Shown one piece after another: positions 29,749 to 45,076 of a stretch of 64,000 nt of DNA. The stretch is taken from the NCBI RefSeq assembly GCF_009914755.1, contig NC_060929.1, one strand, 5' to 3'. Position 1 is the first letter of the stretch. The number at the start of each line of letters is the position of its first letter. The translations under genes and the position numbers were made by a program. This DNA comes from the human T2T-CHM13v2.0 reference genome, Homo sapiens. Under the pieces are notes generated by a model. That model saw only the letters and a program-made list of their open reading frames with translations, was not told the DNA's origin and searched no databases.

Positions 29749-30899
29749 TCTATATAACAAAGATAAGCTGTGTTGTGTTGAAACCTGAAAGCAATTCAAT
29801 CCAAAAAGCTTCATTTTACCCAACAGTTTCAATCTCCTCCATACTTTCCCAGGGCTACTAATCTGGCAGAACGGTTTAGACTTTCCCATCCTTCTTTTGA
29901 TTACCTTCTCAGAAAGTGACCCAAGGTAAATAAACCATGTATACCTGAAAAGTTCTGCATCTTACGTAGGTGGTTTATGGACAACTCACAGACTCTTATA
30001 CTAACAATGCATTTCTCATCAAATCTTCCTACAAGTCCTTACATAAAATCAGTACATATTTTTTAAAACTGAAACTACATACACTGCATCTGGACAGTAA
30101 CATTAAAAATAATCTCAATCACTAGACTCAAACCACAACTACTATGAAGTGCAGTAACCTCCCTGTCTAAAAACAAAATAACCTCAATACTTTTGTCAAA
30201 CATTTGTCAAGCTATCTATTGACCACTATTCTGACAGCCTCCTCATACATAATACCAGAAAAAATAACACAAAAGATAATTCTAAGAACTGAAGAGCTGA
30301 ATTACAAATACCTATTAATTCCGTTAGGAACTTATCTCAGGAGTCTTACATGGAATGAACCAAGAGCTTTCACTATCAGTATGTCCCCTAACTTAAAGTG
30401 GACTAAATCCATCCCAGAGAAAACATCCTTTATAAATATCCAAAGGAGTCTTCAGTTTTCCTTCACACAAAATCTTGTCTGAAGTTCTTATGTCCATATT
30501 TAGAGGTATGAGATGGGAAGGCATCTATCTTCCACTCAATTTATCCTAGCGCCCCACTGTCGAGGAATGTTTCTTCCCTTGTATCTTGGGTGAGGAAAAG
30601 CTCACTGACACCAGGTACCACCAGGGGGAAGCATTGAACAAGGATTTTGAAATTTTGCTTTTACTAAGACATTTGAGTCTTAACAGATCCAAAAAATAAG
30701 AGTTCAAAACAGAGATGAAAAGTCTTTGCTGTGATGAATATTGGCAAGAATAAGGGGCATCTAAGTTGCTTTAAGCATAAGAATGTCCACCACAATATAA
30801 CAAGGAAAAGTTAGAAATAACTGCCCAATTACAGGCAACTATTTAAAACAAATTCTAACACATCACCATTAAGAGCTATAATGTAAGCCACTAAAACTA

Positions 30900-31224
<325 letters not shown>

Positions 31225-32101
31225 TTATAGCAACAGAACATGCTTATGAAATAATATCAAGAAACAAAAGGCAAGATCCAGGATTTTATAAAACATTATG
31301 ATCACAGTAATTCATGACAAGGGGAACACACCATGACAGAGTAAAGGATATACATCAAAATCTCAAAAGTGCCTTATCTTAAGAAAAAAAACTATGTATG
31401 CTTTCCTTCCCCCTTTATTTCTATATTTGATTCCAAATAACTTGCCAAAATAATGGTTCATAACAGGTTAAATATAATGATAACAACTTGCATTTGTGTA
31501 CTGCTTTATAATTTACAAAGTACTTTCACAGCCATTAATTCATTTGATAAACAAAAGTGTTATTTTATTTACAGATAAGTTCCTAATCATCTGGCCTCCC
31601 TAGAGTGTTTGTATAACTATTAACTAGTTGACTGAAAGATAAATGAAAGAAAAACTGAAAGCTAAAGTGTGAAGAACCACTGCCAATTGAAAAATCATAG
31701 TAAATGAAGAGCATCCCACTGCAAAATAATAAACGTGGAGGGTACAAAACTCAGTCTGTACACAGTGTTAAGAAGAAAATAACAGCATGTGCACTATTCT
31801 ATAGCACATTTTCAATATGCTATTTCCAGCCACGTGCTCAGCCCAGCAAGCTCTTCCTAGCATTGTTTTTCTTTGCTTCATTTCCTCTTAAATGTGTTGG
31901 ATGCACTTTGTTCCTGCTAACTAATCTATCTTTTCAGTTTCAAATCAAATGAACCCAGAGAATTTATTTTTACATTATTATCTTCAGATTTAGATTTGTT
32001 TTGCTTTTAATCCTGTCTTCATGAAGGGGAAAGCCATGTGTACCAGCATGGTTGATAAACCACCAAATCGTGAAACTTTGCTTGCTCCCCAAACCCCCAA
32101 C

Positions 32102-32125
32102 CACACACACATACACACACACACA

Positions 32126-32172
<47 letters not shown>
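32102..32172. repeat. (CA)n microsatellite, about 35 units with two TA interruptions
   Basis: Read directly. Confidence 0.95.
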
Positions 32173-32174
<2 letters not shown>

Positions 32175-32640
32175 CCTGGGAAATTGGGAAGAAAACTGGC
32201 AAACCTTAAACTAGAGCCAAGGGAGAAGGAGACAAGCTTAAAAGGAAAAGGCAAACCAATGGAAATGGGAGAGAAGAGTAAAGGTTGAGAGCAAAAGGAG
32301 AAAAGGTCATCCATGTATACACTGGTGTGTGGCATGGTGCCATTCTGGTGACAAAGGATGCCATCACTGTCCATCTTTGGCTTAGGCAGAGGCCACAGAC
32401 AGAACATTTTAGGCTACAGCCAACTTCAGAATCTTTGTGGAAACTCCAAAATTATTTAGCATATTTGTAATGACAATTCCCTATGGAATGAAGATAAATT
32501 AGGGTGGATTCTGAAACTAGCAAAACTGCACAAAAGAAAACAAAATGCTTGGCTCTTGATTCCACTGAGGACATTAACTGAGGGAGCATCCTATCTACAG
32601 TAAGTCAGTTGCTATCTAATCTGTGCGCCGTCATTCCTAC

Positions 32641-32703
32641 CTGCCAAAGAGTATTTTTCTTTGGGGACTCATCTTCATTTTGATCTTCCATAACTGAAGT
32701 GTT
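32641..32703 (-). CDS. FBXW11: FBXW11 63-nt in-frame N-terminal cassette exon, NTSVMEDQNEDESPKKNTLWQ
   Basis: Minus strand reads ttttcccccccctag|AACACTTCAGTTATG...CTTTGGCAG|gtagga. It is 21 codons and matches the recalled beta-TrCP2 isoform segment. Not in the ORF track; read by hand. Confidence 0.93.
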
Positions 32704-33908
32704 CTAGGGGGGGAAAAACAGGTTATTTGAATTATACCAAGTTTTGCAAATCCTAAATAACTACAATAAATAATTTTGAAAACCCAAACTAGAGTGTACC
32801 AATACAAACCCAAGAACTATTTGGCTTTGTGGCTAACACATGCCATTTTGGGTCAAGGGAGATGTGCTCATCTTTCATAAATCGATAAAGTTAGTGGTTA
32901 GACAAAAGCAAGCATAAAGTCATTATTTACAAAGGTTGGGTGTGCTTAGAAAAAAAGGCTAAATTGTGGGAGTAAGGCTGAGGCTCAACCTCCGTCATCA
33001 CTGTTTTTGTACTTGTGACAAGAAATTCCAAAGACCCATGAGGTTTCCGATGATTGCACAAAACATTTACTAGAAGGTCTGCTATTCAGTAATGCACCCC
33101 AAGGAATCCGCAATTAGAAGTAGCAAAGCCTTGGAAGCCCCCCTGCCTTCGTCTTTCCTCCCCTGATAGCCTTGTTTTTCTGGAATGGCTTTGCAATCTC
33201 TGCTAGCAAGCATAGCGGGTGCCCCAACCTTCTCCCTGAAGAGGAGGATGCTGTTAGCCAGTAACAATCTGGCTTGCCTTGGGAATGCATTAGCTTTTGA
33301 TTTTTGTGCTTACTGCACAAAGAGGTACTGTGTAATTATTCTTTCTGGTGATCCAGTCGCTCAATAGATGCCCATTAACTAGAGATTATACATGATTGGA
33401 TTTTCCCTTTTGAAGCTCCCACCTAATGGCTAAATGGAAACTTAATGAGAAGGGGAAGTGGGCTAGTTGTGCTCTGAAAAGAGTAACAACTCATTTACGG
33501 ATAGCAGTCTCTCTAAATTCCTTCCAAAACCTAAAATTATAAGACTGGGGTATAAAATTTAAACAACATTTGTCTCATAGTATTATTCAAAAGGATATTA
33601 TAGATCTATTTAAGGTATCAGTGTTTTACAAGATCCTGTTTGTTGTCTTTAGGGAATAAGCCTCTCTCAAATTTTCCCTATTTTTCCTTTATGTTCTACA
33701 AGTCCTAAAATGTTTGGACTATTTATACAGTATTTCCAAACAATCCATTTGAAAATACCAATGTAGGTAATGATGTAAGAATCACCACTGAACACTAGCT
33801 GCTCTACAGGTCACAAAACTGGCTCTGATCAGGAATGCAGTATGATGGAGTAGGAAAGTCAAAGGCTTTGAAGCCAAAGAGAAGTTGGATTCCTGATTTG
33901 GTCACTCA

Positions 33909-33911
<3 letters not shown>

Positions 33912-33959
<48 letters not shown>
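33912..33959. repeat. (TG)~24 microsatellite
   Basis: Read directly. Confidence 0.95.
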
Positions 33960-33961
<2 letters not shown>

Positions 33962-34105
33962 CCTGAGCAAGTTCTTTTACCATGGGAACAAATACAAACA
34001 CACAGAGTTGTTGTGGGGATGGAGACTGCCCTACACAATGCTTAGTGCATAATGGGTATTCCAAAAAACATTACTTCACTCTCCGATTTGAAGATGCTAC
34101 TTTTC

Positions 34106-34576
34106 ACTGTGGCATTATTCACAACAGCAAAGACTTGGAACCAACCCAAATGTCCATCAATGATAGACTAGATTAAGAAAATGTGGCACATACACACCAC
34201 GGAATACTATGCAGCCATAAAGAAGGATGAGTTCATGTCCTTTGTAGGGACATGGATGAAGCTGGAAACCATCATTCTCAGCAAACTATCGCAAGGACAA
34301 AAAAACAAACACTGCATGTTCTCACTCATAGGTAGGAATTGAACAATGAGAACACTGGAGACACAGGAAGGGGAACATCACACACTGGGGCCTGTCGTGG
34401 GGTGGGGGGAGGTGGGGGGATAGCATTAGGAGATATACCTAATGTAAATGACGAGTTAATGGGTGGAGCATACCAACATGGCACATGTATACATATGTAA
34501 CAAACCTGCACATTGTGCACATGTACCCTAGAACTTAAAGTATAATTTAAAAAAAAAATGAGAAAAAAAAAAAAAA
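34106..34576 (+). mobile_element. 5'-truncated L1PA 3' end
   Basis: L1PA 3' UTR; TSD aagatgctacttttc at 34091-34105 and 34577-34591. Confidence 0.93.
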
Positions 34577-35179
34577 AAGATGCTACTTTTCCCCTGTGTT
34601 ATCTTCTTATGCTTTTCTAATTTCAGAGATTTTGACAGGATGCTCCAGATGGCTGCCTATGGGGAAAACCTGACTTTCTCAGTAAAATCTTATAAACCCC
34701 ACAGCATCAAGGTCCACAATGAGGGAGAGGGACAGGAGGGTGGGGCTCTATGTGAAAATCAACCATGAGCTAGAGAGGAAGGCAGTGTGTCCAAGAGTCC
34801 AAAACAGGACTGGAGTGGTGAAAGCAGTAAGTAATTCTGAATGGGATGAAGAACAAGGAAACAAAGGTAGTATTTATGGAGGTCTCTCCATGTAATCTTT
34901 TCATTGCTATCTTGAAGGGACCTAAGAGTTTAAAGCAAGCAGGTTTCCTCAGGGGAATAAAGAAAGGGGGAGCAGTGACTCAGTACAGCATCCCCTGAGT
35001 TTGGTAGTTACAAAGCCGTCTTGCAAGGCCACAATGTCTGGGTTCTAAGAGTGGTAAGGAGAACAAATGGCTGGAAACATGAAAGGTGGAGCACGGAAAG
35101 GAATGAGGAATTAAGTGGAAGAGAGATGGGAAGTCAGTCCCCACCCCATGTCTCCAGGTACTGCAGAGGAAACATATGA

Positions 35180-35526
<347 letters not shown>

Positions 35527-36071
35527 CAAGAGATGTATATATGTTTTAAACTAAAAGCTTTTGAAATATAGGAGCCAGAATCCTCCAGAGCTATTGTGAC
35601 CTAAACCACCTTAATATTTTCTTTACTTAAGATGGAAACACAAGAAATGTCAGACTTCCCTGTACACTATACATGAAACAACTCTTCACAGTGAGAAAAT
35701 TTCACTCTTCATTTATTCCAAAACAGAGAAATGATGTTTACTTATATGGTTGATAAGGAAACAACCCCCTGAAGAAAATAGCAGCTATTGCCTTAAGGCT
35801 TCATAAAGAAGGCTAGACATACAATTTAATAAAATTGTTTTTAATAAAACCATGGGGGCTGCAATAGTTCTCCCATCCTACATACTTTTCCACTTCTTTT
35901 ATAAAGGTTTCAGAAGACACCAAAGGGAAAATGCTGCTCTCAAGTTACACTGACCAGAGGATCCAGAGGATTCCAGGCAATGCAAAAGATGTCTGGAGAA
36001 AAAAGCATCCAAGAGTCTAATTAGGTTTAGAAATTAGAGAAATGCTATACACATCCTTGCACTCTAGACTC

Positions 36072-36075
<4 letters not shown>

Positions 36076-36113
<38 letters not shown>
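36076..36113. repeat. (TG)n microsatellite
   Basis: Read directly. Confidence 0.95.
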
Positions 36114-36118
<5 letters not shown>

Positions 36119-36463
36119 ATATATATTCAATTCAGAGATATATTTTATATATATGTCTCTCAGAAGTTACAATACACTCCATTAAGATACAAAAGGTTCT
36201 ATAATATACTATTATTTTAAAATTAGGTTAAATTCATTTAATCCAACTTTCCCAAGTTTGTTGGACATGGACAGCCCCCATTTTATAATAATATCTATTA
36301 ATAATAGCTCAGCACATATTGGCAAACACTGGACTAGAGCAACAGCCTGGCGTAATTCCTTCCTCTCTCTTCACCAAATACTTTTGGGAGACAAAGGAAA
36401 CACCCACTTTGTTAAATACAATACAGTCCTCTCCTATTCCCCATCATCTTTCTCAGCCTGCTA

Positions 36464-36587
36464 CAGGTTGAGCATCCCACATGCAAAAATCCTAATTCCA
36501 AAAGTATAATACAGATATTCTAAAATCTGTACATTTCCAAAATCAGAAACACTTTTGGTCCCAAGCAGATAAGGGATACTCAATCCG
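36464..36587. mobile_element. Tigger4/MER46-type internally deleted TcMar element
   Basis: Terminal inverted repeats caggttgagcatccc and gggatactcaatccg, with TA on both sides. Confidence 0.75.
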
Positions 36588-37009
36588 TACACAGGGTCGC
36601 AGGAATAAGTGGTGATGGCAAAAATAGAAAATTCTCTTATGGAAGCTATAATTTTTTTAATCACTTTGAATTTTATTCCTTAAAGGCAAGAGACAAAAGG
36701 TCACAGGTTCAAGGGTGAGGTAAGAAAAAACAATGAGCTTCCCAAGAGAAAAGAAAGGTCATTTCCTATATCCAAACTCTCATGTGAAACCATGGCCAAT
36801 CTGAGAGTTGAAATCCTCTTTAAGTCTCCAACACTTATGAGAAGGAAAAGTTATTTGAAATACCAACCAGTTTACTTTCTACCCTTCTCATCATTTCCTT
36901 CCTCTTATGTCTACCAAGGAGCATCACACGTAAATAGATTACAATGCAGACCCTCCTATTATTCTGATACTACTACCAATCAAAGATATAACCTAGGAAG
37001 AAGAAGCTA

Positions 37010-37231
37010 GACTCTCAGGCAGATCAATTTTAGTACTATTACCATTTTGAGATGGATATTTCTTTGTTGTGGGGCTGCTGTGTGCATTATAGAAGGTTAG
37101 CAGCATCCTTGGCCAGTGCCTGTGCCAGGAGCATTCCACACCCTCTGAACTGTGAGAATCAAAAATGTCTCCAGATCGCCAAATGTCCCAGGGAAGGGGG
37201 CTAAATCACTCTCTCCACTTGAAAACCAGTG
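37010..37231. mobile_element. MER20-like hAT element
   Basis: caaaaatgtctccagatcgccaaatgtccc...ttgaaaaccagtg. Confidence 0.75.
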
Positions 37232-38175
37232 CTCTAGGGATGTGGGCTCCTAAACTTGACACCGTGGGAGAATATACTAAGGCACTACCATCTCAGGCCT
37301 GGCCCTTCTTTCTCCTTAGCCATCTTTCCTTGGCCCGTGTGACAGTCTGTGATGCTATTCACATACATCCTGACCTCGCCATGGTAGGGTAATTCACGAA
37401 GTATGTTGATATCTAAATTCAGGGCTACGTCCTGCTTGCCATTAAATTCATATTTGGAAAACCATGGTTATCAGTGGTTCTTTACTAGAGGTCCATGGAC
37501 TTGGGGCATGAATGAGGACTATAAATAACAGGAAGCCATATATATACAGCTGATCATGGAGCAGATGGAGCCTAGGCATACGTTTTCCTTTCAAGTTCTC
37601 CAAGTAATTCTGATCTATCTCTGCTCAAAAATCATTGCTATGGCAAAATGATGCAGCCCATGTGGTAGCACCAACCTAAGTAAGGAAGCTGCACTGATGG
37701 TATCATGACAGACTCCATCCCAATATGTGATATTTCATAACTACCAAATACCACAATACTCTAACGCCTGTTCCTGGGTGTCTTTTACAAGGAAAAATTA
37801 TGAAACCAGTCATTCACTGGATATTAAAAACATGACCAACTATATACCTTATCAAGTAGCTCCAAAGAAGAATAGAGAAAATAATTGTTATTTAATGATT
37901 GCCTATGATGGTCAGGCATTGTGATAGAAACTTTATATAAATTACCTTTAATGATGACCTTGTATGATAGCACCTATATCCTGTTTTACACATTGGGGGA
38001 ACCATAGCTCAGAAATGTTACACAACTTGCCTTGGGTTACACATCAAAAAGTACCAAGATTCAAAGCTAGACTCTGTAAGACACTACCTTCCCAGTTAGA
38101 CTGCATATATATTATAGCTATTTGCAGCACAATGAAGATCCTAATCTTGTTTCAAAGACACTCTTCCCACCATCA

Positions 38176-38519
<344 letters not shown>

Positions 38520-38758
38520 TTACTCTGTCTTCATAAACTGAATTCTGAACATAAGTGGAAGTAGCGTAAGCTTCCATTCTAGGGATGACTGGTTTGGATG
38601 GTGTCTGGTTAGTTCATTTAGTCAGGTCTCCATTATCCTCAGAGTCAGATTTGGAAACTTCATGCCAACTGATCACAGATATGTTCGGTGAAGGAGGATG
38701 GGAAGCATAATCAAATTCCACACCGCTATTTAAAAAAAAAAAAAAAAAAACCCTGAAG

Positions 38759-39030
38759 GGCTGGGCACAGTGGATTTACTCCTGTAAATCCCAGCACTTT
38801 GGAGGCCGAGGGAGGAGGACTGCCTGAGGCGAGGAGTTTGAGACCATCCTGCACAACACAGTGAGACTCTATCTCTTAAAAAAATTTAAAAATAAGCCAA
38901 GCCTCGTAACTATTCAGGAGGCCAAGGCAAGAGGATCTCAGAAGTTTGAGGCTTCAATAAGCTAAGATCATGCCAATGCACTCCAGCCCGGGCAACAGAG
39001 CAAGCTTCATCTCTATAAAAAAGCAATAAT
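38759..39030 (+). mobile_element. Degenerate AluJ
   Basis: Dimer with deletions. Confidence 0.8.
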
Positions 39031-40064
39031 ACTAATAAACAAAATAAAAAATAACTGAAAATACATATAGTGTGTTTTTTTAATATGATAAACAGATTAG
39101 CAAAAGTAACTTTCCTTTTTATTTGTGCATTTTCATGAACATGGCGACCCCAATGCAAAAAGTCTTCGCCCTGGGAAACGAATGCATTCTAGGTAGCCGA
39201 GATGTAAATTACATTTCTGAAACTGAATTCTATATAAAACCAAACAAAACCTGAGAAAGTGGACCCCATTGCATCATCATTCTAAAACAAACAAACAAAA
39301 AAATCCCACAATATTGTGACTTGAAAACTTGTCAAGATGTTTTCATCAACTGGGTAATTTAGTACAGCAATACTGTGTCTGCTATGGAATCTCAGCTACC
39401 ACTTAGAATTCATTCTTTCTTCAGAGCATTTCAATAATCCTAGAATCTCTTCTGTACATTCCCCCTTCTCTCTTTCATACCAATCAACGGAAGTGGTAGG
39501 CTGGTTCCAATGACCTAGCCTCCAGTTTCATTTAGTTTATGTATAGGTACAACAGGCTCTTAGCAGTGATATATGTTTAACATAGGAGCCACGAACTGAC
39601 ACAGAATATATTTCAATTGGAAAACTCTCTACTTTGAGAATTATATGAGGAATCAATTTCCTGCTTTAAAAATGCTGCAAATTCTGCATTAAGTAATTAA
39701 CAGTTAAGAGTCACACAGCTAGTAAATGAGAGACACAGGATTCAGACCTAAGCCTGTTCTACTCAGAAATCAATGTACTTTCCACACAGAAAAATGTGTC
39801 TTAGGTGTTTTCCAACTGCTGGTTTTGGCCTATGAAATCAATTTAATAGACTGCAAGCAGAATGTTTTAATAAAACAAAGCTGAATTGAGAAGATCCCCT
39901 ACACACAAAGGTAAGCAAAATAACAAATTCATATAAAAAAGCCTAAAAGAAATGAGCAAAAACATAGAAAAATTCAAATTAAAAGGAAAGCAAGGGTCTT
40001 TATTGCAAGGAGAGCAATATTTACATTTTAAATCTCTGAAAAGCAAGATTCAAAAAGAAGAGTG

Positions 40065-40348
40065 CTTTTTAAGAGTCAGGGTTCCACTTTGTCACCCAGG
40101 CTGAAGTACAGAGGCATGATCATAGCTCACTACAACCTCGAACTCCTGGGCTCAAGCAATCTTCCCACCTTAGCCTCCTGAGTAGCTAGGACTACAGGTT
40201 CACATCATAACACCCAACTAATTTTTTAAAATTTTTCAGAGACAGGGTCTTGCTATGTTGCTCAAGCTGATCTCAAACTCCCAGGCTCAAGTGATCCTCC
40301 TGTCTCAGCTTCCCAAGTCACTGGGATTACAGGTAAGTCACCACACCA
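40065..40348 (-). mobile_element. AluJ
   Basis: Reverse Alu. Confidence 0.85.
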
Positions 40349-41128
40349 AGCAACAGTACATAAAGGGGAAAAGTTGGAAACAAACAAACAAGGGAGGGAG
40401 GGAGGGAGGGAGGCAGGGGCTTGATTTACTAGATATATCTCAAACTTTCTACCCAATAAGAGACTACATATTATTCTCAATTTTCCATGGAGCATTTTGT
40501 AAAAACTGATATAGGTCACAGAAGAAAATTCCAAATATAGTTAGAAATCAGGAACAGATTATTACATATTTAAGATTAGGCCAAGTAGAAAAATCTAAAT
40601 ATATTCCGCCAATTATTACTTGCTATAAATTCCAAAGATAAATACATAGAACAATGACTGGTAAAGGCAAACCAAACAGCTTTTCATTGTTCTTGTTACC
40701 TACACGTAGGCCCCTAAAACCCAAATCTTGCTAACACATTGCTGGGAATTAAAATCACTAGAAAGCCAGAAGTATTCATTTTGAAAAAGAAGAGATAAAT
40801 TTGTCTAAAATAGCAGTTCCTATCTCTCAAACAAACAAGGCAATTCAGAAGGAAGAAGGCCATATGTGCTCATACATTAACACAACCACCATCAAACAGC
40901 TTGACTGGAAATCTTCTCCCCTCTCCGGACAAACACTAAAATATAGGAATATACCAGTTATTTTCTTTCTGCCATCTCATAAAAATGTAAACCACTAATA
41001 AATTTTAAATCCATTAGGAGTTTGGTTGAAATTTGTTATATGGATTATTATAATACAGTAAGTTCTCTTCTAATTAATCTAAACTGTAGTTCCACTCAAA
41101 TTTGTAACAAGTATTTCATTGTTATTGA

Positions 41129-41528
<400 letters not shown>

Positions 41529-42159
41529 TGGATAACAAAGCTTTTAATCAATTTTTAGTTAGACTTTTTCTTACTGATTTCTAGAAATTCTATATATATT
41601 CTAGAATGAACTCCTTTCTCAAATGTATTATTACAAAGGTCTTCTCTCAATCTGTGGCTTAACTTTTCATTCTCTTAATGGTGTCTTTTGATAAACAGAA
41701 GTAATAAAGTTTAATGAAGTTTAATTTGTCAATTGTTTCCTTTCTTATTTATGCTGTCATCTTGCTCAAGAAATCTTTTTTCTTCTAACGTCATAAAGAT
41801 ATTCTTCCACACCTAGGTTTTATTTTACCTTGTACATTTTCATTTAAAATTCATCTTTACTGATTTTTAAGTAAAGCAGAAATTAAGATTCATATTTTTA
41901 AATTTTAAGTCCATGTTTTTCCAACTGGAGACTGCAATCCATTATAGTTTAAAATATCAATTTAAGGGATAACCAGCATTTTTTTTAAAACTGAAATAGA
42001 ATAGAGCACATATTATATCCTCTACTTCATCAATTCTAAGATGTATTTTTTTTTTCACATTTTAACGTCTCTGAAATAGAGATGTTTCTTATAATCAATA
42101 TCTTACAATTAAAAATGGCGGCAATTTTCCTGACTATACAGACATAACACATACACACG

Positions 42160-42222
42160 TGATAGCAGCAGAAGGCAGACAAAATCCTAGGCAGACAGGG
42201 GAGGGTCCGCGGTGAAACCCCA

Positions 42223-42255
<33 letters not shown>

Positions 42256-43474
42256 AGACAGAGTCTTGCTCTGTTGCCCAGGCTGGAGTGCTGTGGCACG
42301 ATCTCAGCTCACTGCAACCTCCGCCTCCTGGGTTCAAGCAATTCCCTGCCTCAGCCTCCCGAGTAGCTGGGACTACAGGCACCCGCCACGACACCCAACT
42401 ATTTTTGTATTTTTAGTAGAGATGGAGTTTCACCATGTTGGCCAGGCTGGTCTTGAACTCCTGACCTCGTGATCCACCCACATCGGCCTCCCAAAGTGCT
42501 GGGATTACAGGAATGAGCCACTGCACCCAGCCAAAACCCCACCTTCAAGCTAAAAACAGCCTGAAGCCTGAAGACAAGGCTGCTGGTTCTGGATGAAGCC
42601 CACGACCCAGAGTGAGAATTTCTATTCCTGTTTGCCAGCTCTTTCCCAATTGTTTCTTTCTGGATAATGCCTTTTAATCAAACATTGCCTTTTCCAATGC
42701 TACTTACTGCCCGCACCTCTCCCATTCTGTGACTATTAAAAACCCTGAACTCAGCCACACTGGGGGACTATGCCCATTTTGAGTGCCCTCTCCGCTGAGA
42801 ACTGTTTTGTCGCTCAATAAAACTTTCCGCCCTGCTCACCCTCCGGTTGTGAGCATAACCTCATTCTTCTTGGATGCGGGACAAGAACTCAGGACCTACC
42901 GAACATGGGTAGGTAAAACGCTGTAATACTGTAGCCCTCCACCCTCTGCCGGTGCCAGGCAGCAGCCCCGCATGACAGGAAGCAGCCACGGGGCCAGGCC
43001 AGCCCAGGAGCCGTGGGCCAGAGCAGGGCGACAGGATTAAATGAGCTGTAACATAAGTGGGCTGAAACACGTCCCACCCCCCCACCCCCGCTGATTGGTA
43101 GTGCTGCAGAGAGGAGAGAAGAGCTACAACCCTTCTGGGGCCCCAGACCTCGCCACTCCCAGAGCCAGAGTTGCGACATGCTGTAACACCCTCTTTGGGG
43201 TCACGCGGATGCTGGTGTCTCCAAAAGTTTCAAGTGCCACCGCATTCCCCCTTGTCTAGATGCCGGTGCCCAAGGCAGAAGCAGGCTACAGCACGCCTGG
43301 CCCCGGCACAGACTGAGTGCGGGATCAGGGCCAGGGCGCTAAGAGCAGCCCACCAGGCCAAGTGGGCAAGATACCTCCAACAGCAAGCCCAGGGCGGAGC
43401 GCGGCCCTGGGCAGGGGCACTGCCAGCTGCAAAGTCTCCAGCTGGCGAAGCAGCACAGAAAACATCCTGCATCA
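42160..43474 (+). mobile_element. ERV1 solo LTR of the LTR27/LTR28/MER52 group, with a nested Alu
   Basis: TG...CA termini (tgatag...gcatca), 4-bp TSD cacg/catg, aataaa near 42816, GC-rich 3' part. Confidence 0.8.
42224..42532 (-). mobile_element. AluS inside the LTR
   Basis: Poly-T plus reverse Alu; TSD aaaccccacct. Confidence 0.93.
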
Positions 43475-43764
43475 CATGCATATATATAAAAATTACCACA
43501 CACACACTAGGTATAAACATAAATTTCATTTCTTACATTGAAAACCCCTGAAAAACCCTGCTAAAGGTTAGCAGAGTATAATAAATCCCATACTAAAAGT
43601 TACTACCTTTTCAGTTTGCTTTCAATTCTAATTTCATCAAAAGATATTTTCACACCTCTCTAATATCTGCCATCACCTGTTTTTAACAAAAAGAGCCAGG
43701 CTACTGTTCAATTTTCTGTAAAAAACAAACAAACAAACAAACAAAAAAAACAGTATCTGGCTAA

Positions 43765-44052
<288 letters not shown>

Positions 44053-44686
44053 TAAGCACCACTGATTTTCCAGTCATGTAGTGATTACAGTTCCCTTTTC
44101 TGATTTACTTTACAAAGTAGATTTTTAAAACATGGTCAGCAGGTAAAAGAACAAATGGTGTGCAGACATGTCAAAAATTGTGAGGTTTGTACTCAAACTG
44201 CCCAAAGTCAGGGAAACACTATTTTAGAAGAACAATGATAGGGGAAAAGGCCTAAACTATTTTAAGTGGGAAAAAAGCAAGTCACAATATATCTGTACAA
44301 TCTCATCTTTACAAATAAAATTTATTTTACTATTTACAAAAGCAACCATGTGCTTACAATATTATCTCTGTAATTTTTATTTGATTTTTGCTTACTTATC
44401 CTACCTAAATTTTCCTTAAAGTACACACGTATCTTTTTAACAGCAAGGAAAAGTGATTTTGAAGTTAAACTTTAAAAGTAAGTAAAAGATTCACACCAAG
44501 ACCCCAGATATATATGCTGTGGTCTAGGGAAACAGAAACTCTTACTGAAAGGTCCAGCAGTGCTGTATTCCACTTGACCTCTCTGTGCCTATGTCCTCAT
44601 CCACAAAACTGAGGTGAAAACAGGGCCTCCCTGGCAGAGTAAGTGAGAAAATTTTAAGAGATAATCCTGGCACCCAAGCAGGGCTC

Positions 44687-45076
44687 TGACACAGTTTGCA
44701 TCTGTGTCCCCACCCAAACCTCTTGTCAAATTGTAATCCCCATTGTTGAAGGTGAGGCCTGGTGGGAGGTGACTGAATCATGGGAGCGGTTTCTCATGGT
44801 TTAACACCATCCCCCTTGGTGCTGTCGTGGCATGAGTGAGTGAGTTCTCACGAGACCTGATTGTTTAAAAGTAGCACCTCACCACTCTCTCTTCCTCCTG
44901 CTCCGGCCACACGAAGTGCCCGCTTCCCCTTCGCCTTCTGCCATAATTGAAGCCAAGCAGACGCTGCCATGCTTCCTATATAGCCTGCAGAACCATGAGC
45001 CAATTAAACCCCATTTCCTTATCAATTACCCAATCTCAGGTATTTCTTTATAGCAGTGTGAGAACAGACTAATAGA
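44687..45076 (+). mobile_element. MST-type (ERVL-MaLR) solo LTR
   Basis: tgacacagtttgcatctgtgtccccacccaa...gaacagactaataga; 5-bp TSD ggctc on both sides. Confidence 0.88.

Noticed and set aside
31970-32407. 145-aa ORF containing a CVCVCV run
   Set aside because: It is open because of the TG microsatellite and has no protein homology.
39140-39230. CpG-containing patch as a possible small RNA gene
   Set aside because: It has no recognisable tRNA, snRNA, snoRNA box or Y RNA features.
42861-43551. Cluster of overlapping ORFs (74-126 aa)
   Set aside because: This is GC-rich LTR sequence depleted of stop codons, with no gag, pol or env similarity.
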